64,000 nt of DNA from the human T2T-CHM13v2.0 reference genome, Homo sapiens: NCBI RefSeq assembly GCF_009914755.1, contig NC_060927.1. One strand, written 5' to 3'. A program made the position numbers and the translations under genes. The notes below the pieces were generated by a model, which was given only the letters and a program-made list of their open reading frames with translations, ran no database searches and was not told where the DNA came from. Positions 1 through 15,590 of this stretch are shown piece after piece (within the stretch, counting starts at the first letter, position 1; each line of letters begins with the position of its first letter).

Positions 1-199
1 GATATGATAATTAAATGACATAATTTATTGTTGTATGAAAGAATCTAACATAGTAACTACTCAACAGATGTTAATTTCTTTTTCCTTCCCATGTATCTTT
101 TTTCTCTTCCTCTTTTCCTTCTCTTTTCCCTTTCCCCTGCCTTCATACATCAGCTCTTTATTAGGTAAGTAATATTTGTCAGGCATCCTGCAAGTTTTA

Positions 200-1084
<885 letters not shown>

Positions 1085-4000
1085 TTGTGGAGCTTATGTC
1101 TGATGGGGGGAAGGTAGAAAAGCAACAACAGCAACAGAAAGATATTTTAAAAATAAATGTAAAAAACAACAAATACAAAATTACACATTGTGATGCATAC
1201 TGTGAAGACAAGTTTCTATGGAAAGGAAAATGAGAAGACCTAACTTCATTCAGCTGGCCCATGGAAGGCCTCGCTGAGGAAGACACATTTGTGCTGTGCC
1301 TTGAGGGAGGCTCTTCCCACAGAGTTTCCAGCCAAAAGTGGAGACAGAGCATTCCAGGTAGAGGAAACAGCCTTCCGGGGAGTATTTCTTGAGATTCCCA
1401 AACACTTGTGGTCAGCAATGGGGAGAAACAGACCCATGAAGGGTCCCCTGACTTTTCAGAGCTTGTGGTACGGGGAGACAGGCAGGACAGGCATGTGCTC
1501 TAGGCTACAGGGATGCGACAAGTAGTACTGGCTCTGGAAGCACTTTTCCTTCCTTTCTTCTCTCTGCCTCTGAAGCGTCACTGACCACAGTCCTGCCCTT
1601 GGAGGTCCCTGGGCTGGTCTGTTCTTCCTTCATGGTGGGTAGTGAATAACACTCGCATTTGTCCCTTGATTCCTTGTTCTCTCCCGCGGCTCTGACTCAG
1701 ACTCACCATCTGGGAAATGAGCGTCTGCAGCAGCCACTTAACCAGTTTCCTTGCCTCCAGCGTCTTTCTCCCTTTCATATACTCTGTGTGACGCTGCCAA
1801 ATTAATCTTCCTGAAATACCATTTAGCCCGTGTAACTTCCCTGATAGCACCCTGCTGCTGGCAGAGGAGCTGTGTGCTGGGAGCTTCTGGACGTCTCTCA
1901 CTTTTCACCTTTACCTTTTCCTTCTATGGGCAATGACACCGTTTGCAGAGAAGCATGTTCTACTGCCAGCCTCTTTAGCTTGAGGAACTCTTAAAGTCTC
2001 ATCTTCAGCCATCTTCCCATATTTCTACTCTTGCCTTGCATTTTCTTCTGGGCCAGGCATACTTGAGTCATCATTCTTTAAATGCTAAGGGCCACTACCT
2101 CCCAGGGAAGAAAGAATATTAACAACAGCTCAGGTTCTGGCATCCATCAAACTAGCTTCAAATCCCAGCTCTGCCATTAAACTAGCTGTGGGAACCTTTT
2201 CAAGAAGTCATTTATCTTTTCTAAGCCTTAGTTTTCTCATCAGTTGACACCATGAGGCTAAAAGTAATTTGTATCCCTTGGGGTTGGGTTCTTTAGATAG
2301 TACTGCAGATAGACTTAAGGCAAGTTAGCCATAAAGAACTTTGTTATTTTAGATGGAAAAAAATTATCTGCCAAAAAAATTCTAGATTTTCTTTTCTCTT
2401 TCGAAATCCATTAGTTTTAGATTGCAACAGACTGGTCACAACTCCAACAAATTAAGCTACAAAGAACAGACTGTCTTAGAGTCCCCTAAGTAATTAAGCA
2501 AGATCCTTTGCAAATTAGGAAGCTTTAAGTAGAAGGAAGAATCTAGTTCAAGGTTGGCTTTTATATTTGCAGTCACAGGCACAAAGTGAGTCCATGTGGC
2601 TATAATCATGTTTCTGAATTTTTTGGATGAAGACGTAAAAATCTCATATCCTCTATTTATGTCCGTATTTTAAAATAGGTATTTAAAATACATAAATGTA
2701 ATTTAAAATTATAATATATATGCTTTTTGGGACACCACCTACATCAGGAATGACTGAGCAAGAGACCGCCTTTCTTTCTATTGATCTCTTTGGAAGATGT
2801 AGTGTGTAGCAGTTAGTCAACAAGAGAGGACTATGACACCTGGTCCAGAGTTAGTGCACAATAGATATTTGTAAAGTGAGAATAAATGAGGGTCAATAAA
2901 AAAGTATTTCAAAAACTCCCTTATGGTGACTGAAATGTCTATAGATTACTGCAGTATTTGATGACAAGACAAGAAACAAAACTCCAACAAGAGTTCAAAT
3001 GTCTTGTATACTATATTTTAAAAATCTGTTCAAAGGAACAAGGTGAATATAGTGCCATCATTCTCAGCTACCCTCATGATAGTCCTTCTTACTTTGGGCC
3101 CAAGACTTTGGCCTTTTTTTTCTATTTGCTCAGAACCAGTAAAAATCTAATGATTCAGTGACTGTGGTTACAGAATGCTGGGAATTGTGATGAGGTTGGG
3201 AGAAACATTGGAAACTGTCCTTGACCAAGGGTTCCAACCTTATGAAATATGAAATAGACCTATTTTTAACATCTGAAGATTTCCAGATCTCTCTCCATCC
3301 TGTCCTGCAATTTTATTGTGGGTGTTTTAGTATCTGTTGATTGAGAAGAAAGATATACCAGTTCATGATGACCTCTTGCAATGCAACTTTGGCCGAGGAA
3401 TCTTCAGTTCACCTGATGGAACCACTAACATTTTAGACCAAATTTCTAATTGTATTAATGAGGCACAGGACCACTTTTGGTTTAGGAATAGCCCGGGTAT
3501 AATTCAGAAAAGCATAGGATGTTCAAATAGAGATTTGAAAATATCCAGAAGTCACAACCAAGACAACTCAGGACACCAGATAAGACTGGTGTTGCTTGAG
3601 AAATCTTCACCCTGAGCTGTTGCAGTGTTCATTACTCAATGGAAATCCCTTCACGGATCACCACATAAAATGCAGAATGCTTAGTGAAATTTGAATTTTG
3701 AATAAACAACACGTGCACTATATGGAACATACTTGTGCTCAAAAACTACCTGTTGTTTATGTGAAATTTAAATTTCACTGGGTGTTCTACACTTCTGTTG
3801 TTGCTAAGTATGGTCACTCTACCTTCAGGTGTCCACAGTGGTGCCAAGGGTTGAAGGACAGGAACTAAAAACATGGGTTGTATTCCAGCATGACTGTCAA
3901 CATAGATTACTGATGCATTTTCTGGGAACCTTTCGCATCTCTAAGTCTGTAAGGCTCTATATTTGGTTTTCCCAGGGATCCTTGTTCTCCCTCAGGGGTG

Positions 4001-5292
4001 TGCAACCCAACCTGGGCAGTGGCAGCCCAGAAGGAAGTTGTTGATTTATTCTCTTGGTTCATTTTCATTTACTTTGAGGTTTTGTCATGAATTTGTATAC
4101 CTGACCTTCTGTGAAGTGAGGGCAGAATCGAAGGTGGGGATTTCTTGGGGCTGAAGTAATGACTTTAAGGGTGAAATCAAGGGACAGAGGAGGAGGCAGG
4201 ATGGAAGGAGACTTCAGCTCACTTGGACCCCTTGTTTTTTTCTGTACAGGAGTCAGAACATTTTCCAAGAAGCATGGCAGACTAGAAACTCTCCACCTTT
4301 TCTTGTCTAAATTTGAATTTAAAGGAGATTGGAATTTAGCTGCTCAGCTCTCTTTTTTTTAAACACAGTTTCCTTCTCCCTCTATAAGCTAAGTTTAAAA
4401 GAAAAGCTGGCATTGTACTGTTTTTTAAATCATTTATTTAATTTATAAATGAAATATCCTAGGATTTTAAATTCTGATTGTAGAATCAATGAATTTATTC
4501 CAAAAGCATGCAGAACACTATGACAGAGCCAAAGAAATAGCTTATTTTAATGAACATTCACATTAAAAATTCTGTTTCCATAAAGGCAGAGCAATGTAAA
4601 AAAATGACTTTCATATGAGGCCTTAAGGGTCAGATAGTTTCTGTTTTATAGGAGATTGGAAAGAAAGCACTGCAAATGAAGCTCCTATTTGTTGGATGGG
4701 CTTTTCTCTCCTACCAAGGACAAGAATTTTGAAGGTTCATTTTATAAAGTTGTATGGTGGTGAATGCCATTGTTTCCACACAAACACTCCTTTCCCCCAT
4801 AAGACCTCAAATGTTTGGTTGTGCAGGGGGATTTAAAATCAGAGAACATGAAGAAATTAAAAATGAAGCAATTAGTTGTAGGCTTTAACAATTAACAGAA
4901 AAAAACCAGGGGCTAGAAGGCAGTAGCATATGAGTTTGAGAAACACTGCTTTACCTCATTCTTTCTTTCACTGGGCATTAGCTAGTCCCACACTCAGCAT
5001 AGCCTTGATTCAGTCATTTAACATTTTAAAGTGCAAGCTTGGTGCTTGAATAAATAAGCAGCTCCTGGGTAGCGGGAAGAGATGGAGACTCAAAGAGGTC
5101 ATCTCAGCATAGTGTGGGAGGCCATGCTGCAGCGAGGGGATGTGCAAGCGCTGTGGGGGCATAGTGGGAACAGCCTAAATCAGACTGGAAGTTCAAGATC
5201 AAGAGAAGAATCACCTCCAAGACTAGACCTTTGGGTTGTAACTGCTCCCTTGTGAGTCTTGGAGTCAAAACCTCAGATTTCTCAGGCCAGCC

Positions 5293-5592
5293 TTTATTTT
5301 TACTTTTATTTTTGTGATAGGGTCTCATTCTGTCACCCAGGATGGAGTGCAGTGGAGTGATCTAGCTCATTGCAACCTTTGCCTCCCAGGCTCAAGAGAT
5401 TCTCCCACCTCAGCCTCCTGAGTAGTTGGGACTACAGGCACGTGCCATTATGCCTAACTTTTGTATTTTTTTGTACATATGGGGTTTCATTATGTTGCCC
5501 AGGCTGGTCTCAAACTCCTGAGCTCAAGTGATCCACATGCCTCGGTCTCCCAAAGTGCTGGGGGTTATGGGTGTGAGCCACCATGCTAGGCC
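5293..5592 (-). mobile_element. AluJ-type
   Basis: Reverse-complement Alu with T tract at left. Confidence 0.9.
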
Positions 5593-5852
5593 AACCTTGA
5601 TTTCTGATATTTTGTTCTATCAGAACAACATGTTTACGTGTACAGACCCTGTACAGAAAGACCGTGTCTCTGCTCCTTGGCTCTTCCATCTCTTTTTATC
5701 CTTCCCAACTTTTTAAATGGAAAATTTCAAGTATATATAAAAATAGAATAGTATAACATACTGATTACCCCGTTTCAACAACAATTACTAACTCATGCCA
5801 ACTTTGTTTTATCTATTCTTCCATCCATTTCTCCTGTCCCCCAGATAATATT

Positions 5853-6272
5853 TGTATAAGTTAGGGTTCTCTAGAGAGACATAACCAAAAGGTTGTGTGT
5901 GGGATGTGGAGAGGGAGATTTAGGAATTGGCTCACACAATTTTCAGGGGCTGGCAAGTCTGAAATCTGCTGGCCTGGAGCTGGGGACCCAGAGGGTAGTT
6001 GATGTTGCAATCGCAAAACCAAAGGCAGTTTTGAGGGAGAATTCATTCATCCTAGAGAAGACCTCAGTCTTTTAAGACCTTCAACTGATTGAATGACTCC
6101 TGCCCCTCCAGCCTCCATTCACCAGTATAGAGGGTAATCTGCTTTACTCAAAGTCTACTGATTTAAATGTTAATAATATCTAAAAATATATTCACTGTAA
6201 CATCTAGACTGGTCTTTGACCAAAAGCTGAGTTATGTTTTAACCAAATTGACACATAAAATTAACCATCACA
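5853..6272. mobile_element. MLT2 (ERVL) solo LTR
   Basis: tgtat..ttagggttctctagaga start and ttgacacataaaattaaccatcaca end. Confidence 0.8.
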
Positions 6273-6896
6273 ATTTTGAAGCTAATCCAACTTATCACAT
6301 TATTTGATCCATAATACTTTAGTATATATCTTTATAAAATAAAGATTCTTTAAAAAATGTATATGGAATACTATTAGGACCCATATGAAATTAAACATCC
6401 TGAATTATTTTTGTTTGAATTAGGATCCAGATAAAGCCCATACATTGCAATTACAGATATGACTCAGAAGTCTCTTTTGATCTGTGGATTTGTTCTTTAT
6501 CTCTTTTTTGTTTTTCTTTGAGTTCATCTGTTGCAGAAACTATTTTGTCCTGTAGAATTTTGCATCATCTGGATTTTACTGATTGCATTCCCATGATATA
6601 ATTTAAATGTTCCTTTGTCCCTGTGTGTCCCATAAATTAGTAATTATATAAATAGCTTGCATCACACCCAGGCTTTTTTTTTCCTGCAAAAATACATTGG
6701 GTGTATCTTGTTGAGTTGTCTCTCTTTCAGATGTCAGCAGCCTTTGATTAACATTGTTTGACTCTATTAATTTATTAGGGTATGTAAAATTCTAAATTCG
6801 ATCATTTCTTCTTGCATTTATGCATTGAAATATTTCTGTAAAGAGTAATTTGCCCTCATTAATTATTTCATTATAGTTTTTCCTAATTATTTATCT

Positions 6897-7732
6897 CAGC
6901 GTTTCCCAAATTGGGACTGATAAACTCCTGGAAATGTGCTGACATGTTCTTTTGTGTGTGTCTGCGTGAGTGTATGTGTGTGTGTGTGTACATGGTCTGC
7001 AAGCTTTCTATTATAATAATATAACTCAGCATTTTTATCTCAATAATGATTGAGAAACATTATAAGTATATCTGGATCACCTAGATGATCATCTATTGAA
7101 GTTAAATCAATGAACTCAGAGCTGGAGTTTGCATTTGTATTTAGGATCATGAGGATAGCAAGCAGCACTGCTTTAATTATCAAGGGTTAAGGAAGAAAGA
7201 AGATGGGCTTAATATGCCAAGTCACTTTTCAGTGGCTATTAGCTTGAATAGAGAATCAACTAGAGCAATTGAATTGCTATCATGATGGTAGTAAGCAGCA
7301 CTGCTTTAATTATCAAGGGTTAAGGAAGAGAGAAGATGGGCTTAATATGCCAAATAACTTTTCAGTAGTTATTGGCTTGAATAGAGAATTGAATAGAGAT
7401 TTATGCCCCAATTTGGGGCATACAGTAATTACATATTCTGTACCAAAAAGATGATACTTTGTAGCTGTCAGTACCATAATGATGCTGGCGATTTATTTTA
7501 GCAAAAATCATTTTTTGTTATATTTGAGATGCATTCGTTTATTTGATTTTTGCTGGGTTTGTAGTTTTGCTGAATTTGTAAATTTGTTTCATTTTTACAG
7601 TTGTCCATGTAAATACTTCTACTATTTAAGAAAGTTTATAATAGAAGTGATTTGGGCCAACATACTGACTCTGAAAGAATAATTTTTTCCTTTTTTGAAG
7701 ATCTTCACATTACTCAAGTTTGAGAAGTGCTG
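6897..7732. mobile_element. hAT-Charlie-like DNA transposon remnant
   Basis: Imperfect TIRs cagcgtttcccaaa / tttgagaagtgctg; 8-bp flanks atttatct / ctttatcc (6/8 match). Confidence 0.6.
7146..7389. repeat. Direct duplication, ~111 bp copies, period 133
   Basis: 7146-7256 and 7279-7389 share agcagcactgctttaattatcaagggttaaggaag...gcttgaatagagaat with about 10 mismatches. Confidence 0.95.
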
Positions 7733-9882
7733 CTTTATCCCATTCTTGCTTTCATAGGACTATTAGCAAGTCTCACATTCAGCATAATTTGTCCTGTTAA
7801 GGAGTGATCTCTGCTCAGAGTACTTGGAGTCAAATGGTGTGTGCCTACAGATCAACACCCTGGAACACTCAGAGAAAAAGAGCTGTATTTATGAAAAGGT
7901 ATTTTGGTGCCTCCTGCTCTCCCCGACATCATGTTAAACCAGAGAACAGAAGCACTTGGCTCCTTCTGCATCTTTGGCTGGTTCCTTGTAAGGCCTGATA
8001 ACTGGAGAGTCTTAGGCTGTACCTACACATTACTGTAACAACTTTTTGGAAAGATAAAAACCAGAACAAAAGTCATCTACAGCAGGCTTTTCCGGCTTTA
8101 ATGTACTTAACAGATCATTTAAAAATGCAGATTCTGAGCTCTGACTCTCTCAGGTGATGCGGCCGGCCCATATGCCATTCGTTGAGTAACCTGAGTCTAA
8201 ACAACCAACTGCTTTGTCTTTATGCCATGATCGTTTTATTTTCCTAGGATAATACATAGAAAGCTGTCAGTACAGTATTTGATACAGAGCCAGCATTTGA
8301 TAATTGTTCATTGTTCTTGTTATGGTTGTTATAGTTGTTACGGTGAGTTTTTGAGGCATGGAGATGAGTGGAAATGATGAAAGAGAAGATGGGAGTTTAG
8401 AGATTGACAGGCCTGAATTAAGATCCCAGCTTTGCCATTTGTAAGCTGTTTGACCTGGGCAAGTTTTTCAGCCTTTCTAAGTCTCTCTCTTGTCAAATGT
8501 TAAATGGGGAGAAAAATAGTACCTCAAGGAATCAAGAGGATGCTATGCAGCTCCTAGAGAGATGGGTATTTGATAAATGCCATTTTTCTTCCTTTGTTCC
8601 TTTTTGGACATAGACTTGGGGCTCAGTCTTGGTTCTGTGACAACACTATTGTGAGTTGCATTATAATCCCTATGAAATGCAGCTCTTTCTCATTATCTTT
8701 AAAGTGGGGATAATAATTATGATGATTAAATTAATGGGTGCATGTAAAATGTCTTGGTACATAATAGGAGCCCAGTCATTACTGGCCTCTCTCTCCCCTC
8801 CCTTCCTTCACTTAGCGATGCAGTTGGCGAGGTCAACCAAGCTTAGGCACAGCTTTAAGATAGGGGACCCATGGTTTCAATTTCAGTTGACTAGAATAAT
8901 CTGGAGATCTTACAAAAGAAAAAAAAAAGATTCCCAGGCCTTACCCCAAGAGACTCTGATTTAATAGGTTCTGGGTTGGGATCAGATACCGTGCATATTT
9001 TTTATGGTTCTCCCAGATGTTTTGTATAGGCATCCAGGCTGAGAATCACGGCTCTAGTAGACAGCTAAGCCTTGATCACTATCAGATGGCTCTTAGCATT
9101 CCTCACGTCTGCACAGCACAGCACACCACACCTTTTCCACCCCCAGCTCCAGCCTTTCTGATTGTTTCTTCCTACACACTCCTGTTTTTGTGCACTCCCA
9201 TGAGAATGCTGCAACTTTGCCCTTCCCTTGGCACACTGGGGTGAGCACTTCTGGAACCCATCACAACCAGGCAGGGCAGGGGAGCCTGAGCTCAGCATGC
9301 CTCCCAGCCCCACCCTTCACACTGAGACACACAGAAATCCCTTTGGGTTCCTGCCTGAGGAAGAAGACACCCCTCTGGAGAGCTTTGAGGCATTTGAAGG
9401 AGAAACAAACCTATGACATGAGGCAGTGCCTACTGTGTGGCAAGAACTTTACTTGTATTATGTCTGCTTATCCTTTATGAGGTAGTTTTATTGATATTGT
9501 CATTCTCATTTTATAGAAGAAATTGAGGCAAAGTTAAATAACATGCCCAATGTCAAGCGCACAGTGGTCTTTGTATTAGAGTAGTCTGATTCTAGAATCT
9601 GGGGTCTTAAAAAAATGACGCCTGGGTCCACTCAGACTAATTGAAGGAGAGTCTCTAGAGATTGGGCCCTATATACTGGTATTTTTTATGAGCTGTTCAA
9701 GCCAAATGTGAGACCTAGACAACACTTTGCTCTTCTGTCTCCCAGGCTGACTTGGAACCTGAGTCTATAGAGATTCCTTTTATTCCTGTTCTCTTCTTCC
9801 CCTCTTCTGTTGGCGATTTAAAAATTTTTTTGTTTTCATGCTTGTTAGAGATCCTCGGTCTGACTGTCATTCCTAAGAGGGT

Positions 9883-10386
9883 TGTGATAAGCTGAATAAT
9901 GGCCTTCAGAGATGTCCATATTTTATTTTCTGGAAACAGATAATATGTTACCTGATGCAGCCAAAAGGATTTTGCAGACATGATTAAAGTTCAGGATTTG
10001 GGGCTGGAGAGATTATCCTGGATTATTCAGGTAGGCCCAGTGGTTCTCATAAGGAGGGAGGCAGGAGGATCGGACTCAGAAGAAGGAGATGTGGCAAAAG
10101 GAGAAGGGGTCAGAGTCAGTGAGAGAGATTTGAAGATGCCATGCTGCTGGCTTTGAAGATGGAGGAAGAGGCCTGGAACCCAGGAACACAGGAGGTATCT
10201 AGAAGCTGGAAAAGGCAAGGAAAGGGATTCTCCCCTGCAGCCCCGAGAGGGAACGTGGCCCTGCCAGCACCTTGATTCTCCATCTGTGAGACCCATTTCA
10301 GACTTCTGACCTCTAGAACTGTAAGATAATAAACTTGAGTTGTAATTAGTGGTAATTTGTTAGACCAGCAGTGGGAAATTAAACCA
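9883..10386 (+). mobile_element. MLT1 (MaLR) LTR, MLT1D-like
   Basis: gattatcctggattat, ctagaagctggaaaaggcaagga and gaactgtaagataataaa motifs. Confidence 0.85.
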
Positions 10387-10801
10387 GGGGTATTTGGTGC
10401 TGTAGAAAGTGCACTGTCCTCCAGCACCCCAGAGAACTGGATTCCATTTCTGCACTCTACCATTCACTGGCTGTGAATAATTCTGGCAAGCCACCAGATG
10501 TCTTTAAGATAAGCTGTTTCTTCTGGGAATTAGAGCCAAGAAACCAGATGTCCTTGAGGGCAGGACTGGGCTGATGACCTCACACACCTCACAGATGCAC
10601 TCCCTGCCATAGCCTTGATTCTTCTGCTCAGCTCAGCTCTGCACTTCCCAATAGGAACCACTGTTCTCGCTCCCTCAAACTGAGCCTGAGCTCTCTATCA
10701 TGTTGTCCTGGGTTATTTTACCACTGGCTGAAATTATTTTGTGTGTTAACTTGTCACAGGCACTTGCTAAAATCAGGAGGCACTATTTCCTTGGCTGGGC
10801 C

Positions 10802-11010
10802 TTTTTTTTTTTGAGATGGAGTCTCACTCTGTCACCCAGGCTGGAGTACAGTGGTGCAATCTCGGTTCACTACAACGTCCGCTTCCCGGGTTCAAAGGAT
10901 TCTCCTGCCTCAGCCTTCCGAGTAGCTGGGATTACAGGTACCATGCCTGGCTAATTTTTGTATTTTTAGTAGAGATGGGGTTTCACCATGTTGGCCAGGC
11001 TGGTTTTGAA
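10802..11010 (-). mobile_element. 5'-truncated AluS
   Basis: TSD tggctgggcct at 10792-10802 and 11011-11021. Confidence 0.9.
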
Positions 11011-11665
11011 TGGCTGGGCCTATTTTTTTAAGAAATTAATTAAAAATTAACAATGAACTATAAATTTCCCAACACCAAGAGACCGAGAGACCAGAGTTAT
11101 TCTGTTGGCTTTTCCCCTCCACTCCAGTCAAAATTGCACAATGTTTTGATATCACCTCATTGGCTTCAGACTCTGCTTTTGTGATTTATTTGTTTTTCAC
11201 AAACTTCTCCCTGCCCTACTTCCAGTATTTGAGGGTGGACATGGGGCATTATGTCTAATTGGCCAGCTCTTTCAAAAAGGGGAGATATTCTAGACCTTTG
11301 TATGACTGTACCTAGTGCAAATATAATTGGTAGTGATGACATCCAATCATAAGTCCTTGGCCTCATATATGCATATTTAATACTAAGTCTCTTTATCCTT
11401 AGTAGTAATATTAAACCGCAAACTTGAGTGACTTTTGTGTGAAAGTTTTCTCATGGGAATTGTGCAAACTTCATTTTTTCCAAATGATGTTCTGTTTGTT
11501 CTATTAGTTGCTGTACCTTATCTTTTGAAAAAAGTGAACATGATCTTGGTTGTACTTAGTTGGATAAAATAGTTAACAGCTAAGTTTGTTACATTCTTTT
11601 TTCCTAAGAGAAAAGGGGAAAAAAAGTCTTGACGTTAAGGGGATTTCACCAAGGTTCTCCTAGAA

Positions 11666-12078
11666 CAATGTTTCTTAACTAGTGACAAGAGTGAGAATTT
11701 GCCCCCCAGGTGACATTTATCAATATCCATAGATATTTTTGGTTGTCACATCTAGGGGGAAGGTACTGCCAGCATCTCGTAGTTAGAAGCCAAGGAGGCT
11801 ACTAAACATCCTACAATGCACAGAACCCCTCACCCTGCCCCTGCACCAAGGAAGTAAAGAATTATCTGATCTTAGATGTCAATAGTGCCATTGTTGAGAA
11901 ATTCCATCCTGGATCAGTGTTGCTCAAACTTTAATGTGCATATGAGTCACTTGGGGATCTGGTTAAAAAAGATTCTGATTTGATAGGTCTAGGTGGCCCA
12001 TGAGAGTCTGTATTTCCAACCAGCTCCCACTTGGTGTAGCCACTGCTGGTGTGAGTGCCACAATTTGAGTTTAAATGT
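11666..12078. mobile_element. Adjacent MER20 (11666-~11906) and MER5A-like (11915-12078) hAT MITEs
   Basis: tttggttgtcaca...aaacatcctacaatgcacag (MER20); ctttaatgtgcatatgagtcacttgggga...ttctgatt (MER5). Confidence 0.75.
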
Positions 12079-12605
12079 CCTAGAATTCTTGTTTCTTATC
12101 TGTCTTCCTACACTAAAAGATAAGTTCCATGAGAACAAAGACCTTGTCTATGTCCTGTCCGCAATGGCTAGAACTATAACTGGCATATCATAGTTGTTTA
12201 ATAAATATTTGTTGAAAGCATGAATGGATCCATGGAGGAATTAAGAAATGAATAAATAAGCAGACAGGCAGGAGCACTGCTTATTCTCACACGTACCTCT
12301 GAAGAACCTTAGAGGCACTTATTCTTAAAAAAACTGAATTTCCTCTCAACAAAGCCAGAAATTCACCAACAGCTTTGCTCAGGGCATGACAGTCTTCCTC
12401 AGGTTAAAAATGGTCTCCTTTCTCTGATGTCTCACATTGTCCCTTTCGATGCAGTTCCACTGGATAGATGGTTGGGCTGATAATAGAGGGAAAAACCAGA
12501 GGCCCAAACCCTGGCCCCACACCCCAGCCTGTCCCAAGGTGAAAGGCCTAGATTCAATCATATTTGTTTGTATTTTGGCAGTAGGGGGAAGGAGGAAGTG
12601 GGGAT

Positions 12606-13044
<439 letters not shown>

Positions 13045-15069
13045 TCAGAGATCTATTAGCCTCAGTTGGCAAATCATTTCCTTGTTTTTGCTCTCTGGGC
13101 CTCCATTGATTGCCCTTGTCTTCCACCTTCCGCACACAAGGAAATCCAAACAAAGCCATTTTGGAATCCTATCTAGGAGTGGCTTTCCTTCCCAAGGTGG
13201 TCCCTGTGCTCTTGTAGAGAATTTGCTCAGAACCCAAAATACGCTCCAGTGTCCTCCTGAGAATTGGTTGTGTTGGGCAGAAGACAGAAAGGAGAGAGAA
13301 GAGCAGGATGACAGGAAGAGGAGTAAAGAAGAGGCAAAGAAGGCGAGGCCATAAGAACAGGGCCACAGGGCATTCTCTGTAGATTGGCCCAGGAGATAGC
13401 CAAACGTTCACACAGGTGTCATTGTCACAGAGCTCTTGACAATAGCAACTCTCTCCTTTAGAAGCTGTGATGCAAGTGAATGTGTCAGCCCTGCTGATTC
13501 AGGTGTGGTCACTGCATTTTGACTGTACATTGTTTTGTAAACTTGTCAGGCCCACTGGGTGCCTGTGACTGCGCTGAACCAAAGAGAAACTGAGAAACAG
13601 CTTTCTCGTCTGGGTTGGGAGCCAGTAGAGTAATACCGGGTTTGGGAGTCCTGCCTTTGAAGCAGTTCATCAACACTGAAGAATGTTCTGCATCTTTCCT
13701 GGGACCTATAAGGGATTCAAGATTGCTATAAGGAAAGGTCAATAGAGAGTGAGATTTGTTTGTCATCAGAATGGGTTATTAAAGCACTTGGAGGAATTTA
13801 CCTTTCTGGATGTCTTCAAATAGAAACTAGATTCTTGTATTATGGGATGGTTTAAGGGCTCTCAGAGGCAGAGAGATGTATATCCCTATCATATCCCATC
13901 TTTGCTCAAAAATATTCTATTGCTTCTTATTGTTCATAGGATAAAGTTTAAATTTCTAAAACTGGCATTCAGGGTCTTCTATTATTTGGCTCTAAACCTT
14001 TCCTAGGTCTTTCTTTTTTAAAAGATAAGTTAAACACAAAACAAAACAAACAGAAAGCAGCAAACTAGGAATAGAGAACTTTCTCAACTTGATACAGAAT
14101 ATCTACACAAAACCTACAGCCAACATCATACTTTAGTGGTGAGAAACTAGGTGTTTTCCCCTTAAGACTGGGAACAACACAAAATGTCCCGTGTCATCAC
14201 TCCTATGCCACATCCTACTGGATGTCTTAGCTAATGCAGTAATATGATAAAAGGGAATAAAAAGTATACAGACTGGGAAGGAAGAAAGAAAACTCTCTTT
14301 GTTCACAGATGGCATAATTGTTCATGTAGAAAATCCCAAACAATCAACAATAGCAGCAAAACCCTTCCTGGAACTAAGTGATTTTTAGCAATGTTTTAGG
14401 TGACAAGATTAATATATAAAAGTTAACAAAAAGATATAAAATTAAAAAAATATAAAAGTCAAATGCTTTCCTATATACCAACAATGAACAACTGGAATTC
14501 AAAATTAAAAATACAACATCATTTACATTAGCACCGAAAAGGAAAAGATTTAGATATAAATTTAATAAAATATATATAAGATCTATATGAGGAAAACCAT
14601 AAACCTCTTATGCAAAAAATCAAAGATCTAAATAAATGGAGAAATATTCTATTCTGTTTATGAACAGGAAGGCTCAATATTGTTAAGATGTCATTTCTTC
14701 CCAACTGATCTATAGATTCAATGCAATCCCAGTCAAAATCCCAGCAAGTTACTTTGTGGATATTAAACTGATTCTAAAGTTTATATGGACAGACAAAGGA
14801 CCCAGAATACGCCAACATGATATTGAAAGAGAAGAACAGAATCGTAGTACTGATACTACCTGACTTCAAAACTTATTTTAAAGCTTCAGTGATCAAGAAA
14901 GTATGGTGTTGGTGAAAGAACAGACACATAGGTGAATAGAAGAGAATAGATAGCCCAGAAATTTACCCACATAATACAGTCAGCTGATCTTTGACAAAGG
15001 GGCAAAGGCAATTCAGTAGTGAAAAAATAAGTCTTTTTAACAGATGGAGCTGAACAACTGTATGCCCAC

Positions 15070-15106
15070 AGTATTAGGGTTCTCCAGAGAAACAGAACCC
15101 AATAGG

Positions 15107-15163
<57 letters not shown>

Positions 15164-15590
15164 CGTATACGTATACGTATACGTATACGTATACGTATAC
15201 GTATACGTATATGTGGGGAACCATTATGGGAATGGACTCACACAATTATGGAGGCCTAAGTCTGAAGGCCTGATAACTGGAAGGCCTGCTGGTATAAGCC
15301 TCAGTGTCCAAAGCCCTGAGGACCAGGAGCTCCTATGTCCAAGGGCAGGAGAAGACGGATGCCTCAGCTCAAGAAGAGACAGTGAATTCACCCTTATTCT
15401 ACCTTTTTGTTCTATTCACGCCCTCCATGGATTGAATGATGCCCACCCAGGCAATCTTCTTTACTTAGTCTACCAATTCAAATGCCAATCTCTTCTGGAA
15501 ATGCCCTCTCAGACACACTCAGAAATCATGTTTTACCTGCTGCCTGTGCATTTCTTAGCCCAGTCAAATTGACACATAAAATTAACCACC
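15070..15590. mobile_element. MLT2 LTR containing a compound microsatellite
   Basis: gtattagggttctccagagaaacagaacc start; ttgacacataaaattaacca end. Confidence 0.85.
15107..15214. repeat. (ATATGT)9(ATACGT)8(ATATGT) microsatellite
   Basis: Read directly; perfect units. Confidence 0.98.

Noticed and set aside
3337-3615. 92-aa ORF in apparently unique sequence
   Set aside because: Non-ATG start, no recognisable homology, no clear splice or polyA/TSD signature.
14886-15259. ORFs with VYVY/ICIC/RIRI repeats
   Set aside because: Translations of the microsatellite.
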